A stretch of DNA of 64,000 nucleotides from Nannocystis bainbridge (lineage in GTDB: Bacteria > Myxococcota_A > Polyangia > Nannocystales > Nannocystaceae). The stretch lies in NCBI RefSeq assembly GCF_028368995.1, contig NZ_JAQNDL010000001.1:32001-96000 (forward strand), given 5' to 3'. Below are positions 8,341-16,867 of this stretch, piece by piece. A program made the translations under genes and the position numbers. The notes under the pieces were generated by a model. That model was given only the letters and a program-made list of their open reading frames with translations. It ran no database searches and was not told the origin of the DNA. How positions within the stretch are numbered: position 1 is the first letter of the stretch; the number at the start of each line of letters is the position of its first letter.

Positions 8341-10786
8341 TGGCCCCCCACGTGCGCCAGAACCACCGCTCGATCCGGCGCGCGCCCGCCGTCCAGACCC
8401 GGCGGTTGACCTTGCCGCGCTTCCAGCTGGTCCGGGCCTGCTCGCCGGCCTTGCCGCGGATCCACTCGTGGGCGAAGCCCAGGTTGAAGTAGAACGTGCG
8501 CGGCCGCATCGCCAGGATGCCGCCGTTGATGTCGTCGGAGCGGGTGAACCACACCTCGTTGAGCAGGTTCTTGACGCCGACGGTCGCCTCGAGCCGCCAG
8601 CCCTGCGGCAGGCTGGTGCGGTAGCCGAGCCACGCGCCCATCAGCGTGTAGGCCGGCATCGTCCCGACCTCGCCGGTCGCGCGCGGCGCGTCCCAGTTGG
8701 CGTAGTCGGTGTACTGCTTGTCGACGAACTCGACCTTGGTGCCGACGCGCAGGCCGAACGGCGCCTCGTAGCTGGCCGCGCCCCACACCTCGTGGGCCGG
8801 GTACCACGGCATGCGGTTGTTGGTGTAGAGGTCGCGCAGCACCCGGCTGCCGTTGTACGCGTAGCCGGCGTTGAGCTCGAGCCCTTCGACCTTCTCCCAC
8901 ACCTCGCCGGGCAGCCACTCGACGTCGACCTCGGCCCCGTAGGTGTGGGCCGCCGGGATGATGTCGATCGCGTTCTCGCCCTCGTCACGCAGGTTGTTGA
9001 AGTAGCGGTACCAGCCGTCGACGGTCGCGTACACCCCGCCGAGCTCCATCAGCTTCACGCCCGCCTCGACCGTGTCGGCCAGCTCGGGCTTGATGAAGCG
9101 CAGCGCCCGGCCCATCGCCTCGCCGGGGTTGATCGGCTGGATCGCGCCCGACAGGTAGCTCGGGGCCCCGAACGAGCGCCCGTAGCCGAGGTAGAGCCCG
9201 ACGTGATCGCCGCCGTACCACAGCGACGCCGCCGGCAGCGGCCCGCCGTACAGCGGCCGCGGGTAGCTCAGGCCCTCGAGCACGTTGTAGAAGCTCTGCT
9301 TGGTCAGCTCGAGGCGCACGCCGGCGGTCAGCACCAGCTTGGTGTCGAGCAGATAGATCTTGTCCTCGAGGTACAGCGAGTAGCCGCCGATCCGGCCGTC
9401 GAAGCAGCGCAGCGCGTCGGGCGAGCCCTCGGGCAGGAGCGTGCCGCGCGGGCACACGCGCGCGTCGCCGTCGGCCTCGAGCTTGTCGCCGGGGCGGTCG
9501 GGGAACTCGACGCGGAAGCCGCGGATCCGCGCCGTCTCGAACACCCCGCGGGTGCCGATCGAGAGGTCGTGGAAGCCGCCGCGGTGGCGCACGCGGAACG
9601 CGTAGCGCGGCTCGATGCCGACCACGTCGAACGCCCGCGGCTGCACCAGCAGGAACGTCGGCGCCGCGCCGAGGTTGCGGTCCTCGTTGGTCGCCTGGAC
9701 CACGCGCCGCAGCGTGTGGCTGTAAAACGCGATCACCTGCAGCTCGTGCTCGGCCTTGGGCCGCCAGTGCAGCTTGAGGCTGGTGCCCTCGCGGTGGCCG
9801 TTGAAGGTGTCGTACGGGCGCTTGCTGGCGAACCGGTCCTCGGCGTACAGCTCGGAGTCGACGCCGCCGGGCAGGTTGGTCTTCTCCCAGAACAGGTGCG
9901 TGCTCGACAGCAGGTCGAGCCGCTTCGTCAGCGGCACGGCGAGCTTGACGATCCCGCCGTGGCTCTGAAACTCGCTGTGCTCGCGGTACGTCTTGCCGAA
10001 CCGCGGCGCGTACTCGACGTACACGCCGACGCCCTTGTGCGTGCCGCCGTACGAGGCCGCCGCGCCGGCGTCGCCGAACTGGTCCGACTGGGCGAACACC
10101 GACACCGTCGGGTTCTTCGGGATCGGGTGCGAGACCATGTTGAACACGCCGCCCGACGTCCACGGCCCGAACCGCACCGACGAGCCGCCGCGCACGGTGT
10201 CGACCTTGGCGATCTGGAACAGCGACAGCGGGAATAGCACCATCGACGGCGCGCCGTACGGCGCCGGCGCCACCGGCACCTCGTCGAGCAGGATGGTCGC
10301 CTGCTCCGACAGCCGCGGGTCGGCGCCGCGGACCGCGAGGTTCAGCTTGGTCGACGAAGTCGAAAGCGCCGACGCGCCCTCGACCGCGCGCACCCCCGGG
10401 ACCTTGTCGAGCAGCTCCGCCACCCCGCTCGCGCCCTGGGCCTTCGCGTCGTCGACGTCGACCACCCGGCGCCCGCCCGCGTGGCGGTGGGCGTCGACTC
10501 GGGTCGAGCGGCCCAGCAGGTCGGTCGTGACCTCGATGTCGCGCGACTCGCCGGGCAGCAGCTTGGTGTCGCTCGCGGGCGGCGTGCTCACCGGCGCGGC
10601 CACGCTCGCGGCTGCAGCCCCGGTCGAACCTGGCTCTTCGGGCATGCTCTTCGGGACCTGTCCCGCGGAGAATGTCCAATCGGGCCTGTCCTCGGGGGCA
10701 GGTACCTCCGGCGCGGCGTCCGGCCCCGCGTATGCGCGAGGGTCGGCCGCCAGCAGCAGGGCGAGTGGGAGCGCGAGCGACGACAC
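8333..10786 (-). CDS. TonB-dependent receptor, FecA-like
   Basis: Plug motifs LLDKVPGV, LAVRGADPRLS, PVAPAPYG, VRGGSSVRFGP; barrel end GVKNLLNE...PRTFY. Confidence 0.93.
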   Translation of the reverse strand: MSSLALPLALLLAADPRAYAGPDAAPEVPAPEDRPDWTFSAGQVPKSMPEEPGSTGAAAASVAAPVSTPPASDTKLLPGESRDIEVTTDLLGRSTRVDAHRHAGGRRVVDVDDAKAQGASGVAELLDKVPGVRAVEGASALSTSSTKLNLAVRGADPRLSEQATILLDEVPVAPAPYGAPSMVLFPLSLFQIAKVDTVRGGSSVRFGPWTSGGVFNMVSHPIPKNPTVSVFAQSDQFGDAGAAASYGGTHKGVGVYVEYAPRFGKTYREHSEFQSHGGIVKLAVPLTKRLDLLSSTHLFWEKTNLPGGVDSELYAEDRFASKRPYDTFNGHREGTSLKLHWRPKAEHELQVIAFYSHTLRRVVQATNEDRNLGAAPTFLLVQPRAFDVVGIEPRYAFRVRHRGGFHDLSIGTRGVFETARIRGFRVEFPDRPGDKLEADGDARVCPRGTLLPEGSPDALRCFDGRIGGYSLYLEDKIYLLDTKLVLTAGVRLELTKQSFYNVLEGLSYPRPLYGGPLPAASLWYGGDHVGLYLGYGRSFGAPSYLSGAIQPINPGEAMGRALRFIKPELADTVEAGVKLMELGGVYATVDGWYRYFNNLRDEGENAIDIIPAAHTYGAEVDVEWLPGEVWEKVEGLELNAGYAYNGSRVLRDLYTNNRMPWYPAHEVWGAASYEAPFGLRVGTKVEFVDKQYTDYANWDAPRATGEVGTMPAYTLMGAWLGYRTSLPQGWRLEATVGVKNLLNEVWFTRSDDINGGILAMRPRTFYFNLGFAHEWIRGKAGEQARTSWKRGKVNRRVWTAGARRIERWFWRTWGAMM
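10631..10700. repeat. 14-bp-unit array (5 units), in frame in the TBDR N-terminal linker
   Basis: TGGCTcttcGGGCA TGCTCttcgGGACC TGTCCcgcgGAGAA TGTCCaatcGGGCC TGTCCtcggGGGCA. Confidence 0.78.
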
Positions 10787-10793
10787 GGCCGGC

Positions 10794-11966
10794 TCAGGGC
10801 ACGACGACGGCCGTGGCCCCGCGGATCCGCAGGCTGCGCTCGGGATCGGTGAACAGCGGCCCGAGCTCGTCGTGGACCGCGAACTTCCAGCTGCCCGGCG
10901 CGTCGGCGGTCGGCTCGGTGATCTCGTAGACCGTGCCGCCGATGCCGACGGCGTAGAGCGAGCCCTGGACCCGCGCGAGCCCCTCGATGTCGAAGCCGGC
11001 CGGGATGTCGTCGATGTACGGCCCGTAGGCGCGCGGCTCCGGCTTGTCGCCGGTCGCGGCGACGCGCAGCAGCTCGTGACGGCCGGTCGGCAGCGACTCG
11101 GACATCTCGCCGCGGACCAGCGCCAGCACGTCGCCGTCGGGCCCGGTGGCCATGTCGCCGGCGACGCCGACCTTCTCGTCGAACTCGGCGTGGATCGAGC
11201 AGATCGGCGCGCACGCGTAGTAGGACGGGTCCTTGCTGATGTCGCTCGGCAGCACGCAGTGCTTCGGCGCGGCCAGGAACTCGGGGTCGAGCGCGAACAG
11301 GGCGCCGCGGGCGTCGAGGCCGTTGCCGGGCTTGCCGGCCGAGGCGGCGAACAGCGCGTCGCCGACGAACTCGAGCCCGTTCATGCTCTGGCGCCAGTAG
11401 CAGGCGTCGGTCGCCGCGTCCTTCACGTCGCCGTACTTGAAGGCGTAGCGGACGCTCTCGATGCGGTTGTCGGCGCGGGTCCAGTCGGGCACGCCGAGGG
11501 TCATCAGGCCCCACTCGTCGTTGAGCGGGTCGTAGCTGAGGCCCCACAGGCCCCGGTCGGCGTGCCAGGCGATGTCGCGCACGGTGAACCGCATCAGCGA
11601 CGTGTCGGCCATCGAGATCGAGCCCATCTTCTCGTCGAGCCACAGGTTGCCGACCTTGGCCAGGCAGCCCTCGCCGTCGCACTTGCGCGACGGGTCGTAG
11701 AGGTACATCGCGCTGCCGACGAACCGGCCCTTGCTGTCGAGCGCGAAGTTGCTCTGGAAGTTGGCCCCGCCGTCGGTCGGCTTGGTGTTGACGATCAGCA
11801 TCAGCTCGCCCCGCAGCGGCTGATCTTCGGGACAGCCTTCACAGAGGTCGACCTCCGGCGGCAGTCCATCACCCTCGTACGTGTCCGGCTGCATCGGCTC
11901 GAAGCCGACGCAACCCGACGCGACCGTCGCCACGCCGGCGAGGGCAATATTGAAAATCGTTTTCAT
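10794..11966 (-). CDS. Cys-containing lipoprotein of unknown function (possible beta-propeller), first gene of the iron operon
   Basis: MKTIFNIALAGVATVASGC lipoprotein signal; strong GC3 bias; ends 7 bp upstream of the TBDR. Confidence 0.75.
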   Translation of the reverse strand: MKTIFNIALAGVATVASGCVGFEPMQPDTYEGDGLPPEVDLCEGCPEDQPLRGELMLIVNTKPTDGGANFQSNFALDSKGRFVGSAMYLYDPSRKCDGEGCLAKVGNLWLDEKMGSISMADTSLMRFTVRDIAWHADRGLWGLSYDPLNDEWGLMTLGVPDWTRADNRIESVRYAFKYGDVKDAATDACYWRQSMNGLEFVGDALFAASAGKPGNGLDARGALFALDPEFLAAPKHCVLPSDISKDPSYYACAPICSIHAEFDEKVGVAGDMATGPDGDVLALVRGEMSESLPTGRHELLRVAATGDKPEPRAYGPYIDDIPAGFDIEGLARVQGSLYAVGIGGTVYEITEPTADAPGSWKFAVHDELGPLFTDPERSLRIRGATAVVVP

Positions 11967-11967
11967 T
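11949..11967. promoter_or_regulatory. Fur-box-like operator 1
   Basis: ATTGAAAATCGTTTTCATT: AT-rich 19-bp inverted repeat resembling the Fur box, overlapping the start codon of the TBDR operon. Confidence 0.75.
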
Positions 11968-12048
11968 TTGCCGGTTCTGTAGCACCGGAGTTCCCCGGGG
12001 GTCAAGGGGGGAACGCTCCCCAAGAAACAGGAAATCAATGACCTTGCA

Positions 12049-12067
12049 AATGATTTTCCTTTTCATT
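12049..12067. promoter_or_regulatory. Fur-box-like operator 2
   Basis: AATGATTTTCCTTTTCATT upstream of the divergent lipoprotein gene. Confidence 0.62.
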
Positions 12068-12112
12068 ATGACCGGCGCCGTTCGCTCGAAAGCGTTCCCT
12101 CAGGAGACTTCC

Positions 12113-13381
12113 ATGCGCCTGCGCAGCCTTCCCCTACTCGCCCTCTCGTTCGGTCTCGTCGCCTGTCCCGGCAGCGGCTCGGACACCGACGGCAGCACCA
12201 CCGACTCCACCACCGCCGGCCCGACCACCGAGCCGTCGACCGAGGGCACCGCGGGCACCGAGACGGCCGGCCCGACGACCACCGAGGACGAGCCGACCGC
12301 CGGCACGACCGGTGAGCCCGGCGGCGACCTGAACCCGCACACCCTGGGCGACCACGCCAGCCAGGGCTGCATCGACGCCATGGCCGGCGCCGCGACCTTC
12401 CTCGCCGCCACCGCCGAGTTCGACGCCGACGCCGCCGCCGCCGCCTACACCGACGCGCTCAAGATCTACGTGCAGGCGCTCGACACCGCCAACGAGCGCG
12501 ACGACGACAGCGCCATCACGGCCGCCCTCGCCGACGCCGACGGCCCCGGCGCCGCCCTGGCCGAGGGTCACCTCTACACCAGCCTGATGTTCCAGCTGCG
12601 GGCCAACCTCTCGGCCGTCGAGACCGGCGCCGAGGACAAGTACGCCGCCTGGGACGAGGCCCACTGCGTGTGGGACGGCGGCCTGCGCAGCCTGGCCGAG
12701 CGGGCCCAGGCCGAGGGCTGGACCGGCGCCGGCGACCCCATCGTCGCCGACATCGACGCCGCCTTCGCCGCCGGCCACGACGGCCTCAGCGGCGAGCCGC
12801 CGAGCACCGCCGGGGACGACTGGCGGATCCCCCCGAACAAGCAGATCATCGAGAAGACGCTCTTCCGCGCCGCCCACCGCGACATCGTCGGCCAGTCGAT
12901 CGGCGCGACCATGGCCGTCGACGCCGCCCGGGCCGCCCGCGCGCTCGGCGTGTTCGGCATCGTCCGCGACCGCCTGCAGGACCGCAACACCCCCGGCATC
13001 GCCGTCATCGAGGCCATGCTGGCCGGCGACCCGGCCATGATCAGCGGCTCGCTGATCGCGGTCGAGATGGACAAGGCGTTCGCCAAGCGGACCCGCAACT
13101 ACGCCGACCAGGCGTTCAGCGAGGGCCTCGGGATCCCGCCGAGCTACAAGGGCGCGGTCGAGGGGCGCACCTATGCCAAGCTCATCGTCGCCGGGATGGG
13201 TTCGGCGATGATGAACACCGAGGCCTACCTGGCCGACTGGGAAGAGTACGCGGAGCTGGTGCGGACCGGCGACGACGAGGCGGCGGCCCAGGAGGTCAGT
13301 CAGCGGCTCATCGACGCCACGTGCGCCTACCAGACCGCGCTCGGAATCGCCGCCTGCACCGGCAGCGATGACGAGACGTAG
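12113..13381 (+). CDS. Helical lipoprotein, probably iron-regulated (Fea1/imelysin-like WDEA motif)
   Basis: RBS AGGAG, lipobox LVAC, Thr-rich linker, AAWDEAHCVWDG motif; divergent from the TBDR operon across the Fur-like boxes. Confidence 0.7.
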   Translation: MRLRSLPLLALSFGLVACPGSGSDTDGSTTDSTTAGPTTEPSTEGTAGTETAGPTTTEDEPTAGTTGEPGGDLNPHTLGDHASQGCIDAMAGAATFLAATAEFDADAAAAAYTDALKIYVQALDTANERDDDSAITAALADADGPGAALAEGHLYTSLMFQLRANLSAVETGAEDKYAAWDEAHCVWDGGLRSLAERAQAEGWTGAGDPIVADIDAAFAAGHDGLSGEPPSTAGDDWRIPPNKQIIEKTLFRAAHRDIVGQSIGATMAVDAARAARALGVFGIVRDRLQDRNTPGIAVIEAMLAGDPAMISGSLIAVEMDKAFAKRTRNYADQAFSEGLGIPPSYKGAVEGRTYAKLIVAGMGSAMMNTEAYLADWEEYAELVRTGDDEAAAQEVSQRLIDATCAYQTALGIAACTGSDDET

Positions 13382-13408
13382 GTCGACGGCGCAATATGAC
13401 CGCACTGC

Positions 13409-13825
13409 ATGGCCGCGATTTTTTCCGGGTACAGCGAGTTCGGCCGAGTCCTGGCCGACTACATCACGCGTGAAGCCTCGGTGCGCGGGGCGGTGCTCAG
13501 CGACAACGAGGGCGACGCTGTCGACCTCGCCTTCGATGAGGACCGCACCACCGCCCTCGAGGTCCAGATCCTCGGCGCCCAGCTCGACCGGGCCGCCGAG
13601 CGGCTGTCCACGTGGTTCCAGGATCGCGGTCGAGGCCCCTGTGAGATCTTGATTGAGGCAAGTCACGGGAGCCTCTGCTACGCGTTCGTCGCGGGCGCCT
13701 ACGTGCTCGCGGTCTTCTCCGAGCCCGCCCAGGGCGACGACGAGGCCCGCTCCGCCGAGGCCGAACGGGTGCTCGCGGGCTTCCGGGGCCTGCGCCGTGA
13801 CATCGAGGCCCTCCTGGAGGCCTGA
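13409..13825 (+). CDS. Roadblock/LC7 (MglB-like) protein
   Basis: SVRGAVLSDNEGDAVD pattern, 138 aa, roadblock-like composition. Confidence 0.7.
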   Translation: MAAIFSGYSEFGRVLADYITREASVRGAVLSDNEGDAVDLAFDEDRTTALEVQILGAQLDRAAERLSTWFQDRGRGPCEILIEASHGSLCYAFVAGAYVLAVFSEPAQGDDEARSAEAERVLAGFRGLRRDIEALLEA

Positions 13826-14278
<453 letters not shown>

Positions 14279-14318
14279 GCCGCCGTCGGCGCTCGCTTCA
14301 CCAACCGATACGATCTCA

Positions 14319-14349
14319 AGAGCGGCGCCACGGCGCCGCTCTCCGTTTT
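14319..14349 (+). terminator. Possible intrinsic terminator after the ferredoxin gene
   Basis: AGAGCGGCGCC-AC-GGCGCCGCTCT stem followed by CCGTTTT. Confidence 0.45.
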
Positions 14350-14650
14350 GGGTCGCGCCCGCGCCGGCCGACCCCCGTCGTTCGCGCTCGCGTCCGAAAG
14401 GATCTCGCCGCGAAGGTCACCCGGACCGAGGGCATCGCGCCCTGCCGGCCCCGCTTCACGCGGGCATCGCCTCGCCCGCGATCGCGGCGCCTCCCCCGGC
14501 CCGGGCGGGCCTCCCCTGAAGCGCGCGGGGGCCTTCACGACCGGTCGCGCGCCGCGTGAGCATCCTTCGCGCGTCCCGACCCCGCGATCGCCTGCAGGTC
14601 CGAGCGAGGGCCCTGACATTCGCCCGCGCCCCGGGGACACTCTCGCCAGC

Positions 14651-15688
14651 GTGACCCCCTCGCCCGCACCTGCGCCTGCCGCCGCGCCCGCGCGCGTGTG
14701 GCTGCGCGTCGGCCTCTCGCTGGCGATCACCGGCCTCGCGCTGTGGCTGGTCCAGCGCCAGCTCGATCCCGTGCCCGGCACGCTCGAGATCGCGTCCTGG
14801 GGCCTGCCCGCCTACCTGGCCACCCTCCTGGTCTACGCCTTCCTCCGCTCGGCGCGGTGGTGGTTCCTCGTCAGGCCTTTGGGACAGGTTCGCTTCGGCG
14901 ACGTCATGCTCGTCGGCCTCGCCGGCGCGCTGTGGATCGTCGCGCTCCCGTGGCGGCTCGGCGAGCTGGTGCGTCCGGCCCTGCTCGCGCGGCGCAGCGG
15001 CATCCCGGCCAGTCAGCTGCTCGGCACCGTCGCCATCGAGCGCGTCGTCGACGGCCTTTGCGTGTGCGCGGCCTTCTTCGTCGCCGCCGCCGGCGCCCCC
15101 GACGTCCCGGCGCTGTCCGGCCTCTACGCCGCCTGTTACGCCGCCTTCGCCCTGTTCGCCGCCGCCCTCGCCGTGCTCGTCGCGCTCGCCCGCTGGCCGG
15201 CCGCGCTCGAGCTGCTGCTGCGGCGCGGGCTCGGGCGGATCGCCGCGCGCCCGGCCGCCATCCTCGCCGACGTCGCCCGCGGCCTCGCCGAGGGTCTGCG
15301 CGCCCTGCCCTCGCTGCGCCCGCTGCTGCTGTTCCTCGTTGGCACCATCGCCTACTGGGGCACCAACGTGTTCGGCATGGCCCTGCTCGCGCGCGCCTGC
15401 GGCCTCGACCTCGGCCCGCTCGAGGCGCTCGCCGTGCTCGCCGTCCTCAACCTCACCCTCCTGGTCCCCGGCCCGCCCGCGCACGTCGGCACCTTCCAGC
15501 TCGGCGTCGCCGCCGGCCTCGGCCTGTTCCTCCCGCCCGACGTCGTGCGCGCCGGCGGCTCGACCTACGCCTTTTTCCTCTACACCTGCCAGCTCGCCAT
15601 GATCGCCGCGCTCGGCATCGCCGCCATGCTGCGCCTGCGCCTCGGCTGGCGCGCCGCCTTCGACCTCCGCCCGGGCCCCGGCCGATGA
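14651..15688 (+). CDS. Lysylphosphatidylglycerol-synthase TM-domain (flippase-like) membrane protein
   Basis: LRSARWWFL, LPWRLGELVRP, ERVVDG, PGPPAHVGTFQ; start at GTG 14651. Confidence 0.85.
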   Translation: MTPSPAPAPAAAPARVWLRVGLSLAITGLALWLVQRQLDPVPGTLEIASWGLPAYLATLLVYAFLRSARWWFLVRPLGQVRFGDVMLVGLAGALWIVALPWRLGELVRPALLARRSGIPASQLLGTVAIERVVDGLCVCAAFFVAAAGAPDVPALSGLYAACYAAFALFAAALAVLVALARWPAALELLLRRGLGRIAARPAAILADVARGLAEGLRALPSLRPLLLFLVGTIAYWGTNVFGMALLARACGLDLGPLEALAVLAVLNLTLLVPGPPAHVGTFQLGVAAGLGLFLPPDVVRAGGSTYAFFLYTCQLAMIAALGIAAMLRLRLGWRAAFDLRPGPGR

Positions 15689-15705
15689 ACGCCACGCCGC
15701 GCACC

Positions 15706-15789
15706 TGCCTGTTCGGCCATGTCCTTACCGACATGCCCCTCGGCGCATGTCCCTTGCGGCATGTCCCGACGAACATGTCCCCGAGGAGC
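15706..15789. repeat. 14-bp-unit array (6 units) between the two flippase-like genes
   Basis: TGCCTgttcGGCCA TGTCCttacCGACA TGCCCctcgGCGCA TGTCCcttgCGGCA TGTCCcgacGAACA TGTCCccgaGGAGC. Confidence 0.87.
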
Positions 15790-15797
15790 CCCCGCTC

Positions 15798-16775
15798 GTG
15801 AGCCCGCGCCTGCGCACCGCGATCAAGCTGCTGCTCGGCCTCGGCCTGCTGGCCGCGCTCGTGTGGTCGCTGGTGCCCGGCGGCGACGCCCTGCGGGCCG
15901 CGTTGGCGCGGGCTGAGCTGCGGCCCGGCTGGCTCGGCGTGTGCCTGCTGGCGACCTTCGCCGCCACCCTCGTCACCAGCGCGCGCTGGCGGCTGATGGC
16001 CGAGGCGATGGGCGGCAACCGCCTGCCGCTGATCGCCTACTTCCACAGCCTCGCGCTGACCAAGATCCTCGGCCAGGTCAGCTCGGCCTTCGTCATGGAC
16101 ATTGTCGGCCGCGGCGTCGCGCTGCGGGCCGCCGGTTCGCAGCGCGGCCTCGGCCACGCGATCACCCAGGCCGTGCTCGAGCGGGTGTTCGACCTCGTGC
16201 TCCCGGTCATGCTGCTCGCCTGGGCCCTGGTCGCCTGGCGCGGCCAGTTCAGCGCCGCCGAGGCGGCCGGCTCGTTCGCCGGCGTGTGCCTGCTGTTCGC
16301 CGCGCTCGCCGCGGTGTGCCTGGCCCCGCTGACGCGCCTGGCCCTGCGCACCTATGCGGCCGCGCGCGACCTGCGAGCCCGCCTGCGCCGGGTCGCCGCC
16401 CCCGACGAAGCGCTCGAGCCGCCCGTCGTGAACCGCCGCCTCGCCGTCCAGATCGGCGTCTACAGCCTGCTGCGCTACCTCTCGGCCATGCTGCTGTTCT
16501 GGTCGACCGCGGCCGGCATCGGCGTCGACTTCAGCTTCTTCCAGATCGCCGCCGCGACCCCGATCGGCCAGCTCGCCGGCATGCTGGGCTTCACGCCGGG
16601 GGCGCTGGGGATCCAGGAAGCCGGGTGGGTCGGCGGCTTCAAGTGGGTCGGGGCCGACGACGCCGCGATCGCCCTGTTCGTCCTCAGCTCGCGCCTCGTC
16701 ATGACCGCCTCGTTCGCCGTGCTGGTGCTGATCAGCTGGCCGCTGCTCCGCCGCAGCCGCGCCGCCCAGGCGTGA
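15798..16775 (+). CDS. Lysylphosphatidylglycerol-synthase TM-domain (flippase-like) membrane protein
   Basis: SARWRLM, ERVFDL, TPGALGIQEAG; start at GTG 15798. Confidence 0.85.
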   Translation: MSPRLRTAIKLLLGLGLLAALVWSLVPGGDALRAALARAELRPGWLGVCLLATFAATLVTSARWRLMAEAMGGNRLPLIAYFHSLALTKILGQVSSAFVMDIVGRGVALRAAGSQRGLGHAITQAVLERVFDLVLPVMLLAWALVAWRGQFSAAEAAGSFAGVCLLFAALAAVCLAPLTRLALRTYAAARDLRARLRRVAAPDEALEPPVVNRRLAVQIGVYSLLRYLSAMLLFWSTAAGIGVDFSFFQIAAATPIGQLAGMLGFTPGALGIQEAGWVGGFKWVGADDAAIALFVLSSRLVMTASFAVLVLISWPLLRRSRAAQA

Positions 16776-16794
16776 GCCGACGCTGCGCGACGCA

Positions 16795-16865
16795 TGTCTC
16801 ATCGGCCATGCCCTCGCGGACATGTCTGCTTCGACATGTCCGATTCGACATGCCCCCAAGGGACA
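16795..16865. repeat. 14-bp-unit array (5 units) between convergent genes
   Basis: TGTCTcatcGGCCA TGCCCtcgcGGACA TGTCTgcttCGACA TGTCCgattCGACA TGCCC..GGACA. Confidence 0.85.
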
Positions 16866-16867
16866 CA

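Noticed and set aside
15719-16018. Short ORFs beginning or ending with MS/CP/GHV/DM-rich peptides
   Set aside because: They are translations of the CATG-containing repeat in various frames. Only the four with stop/start overlaps at both ends were kept as findings.
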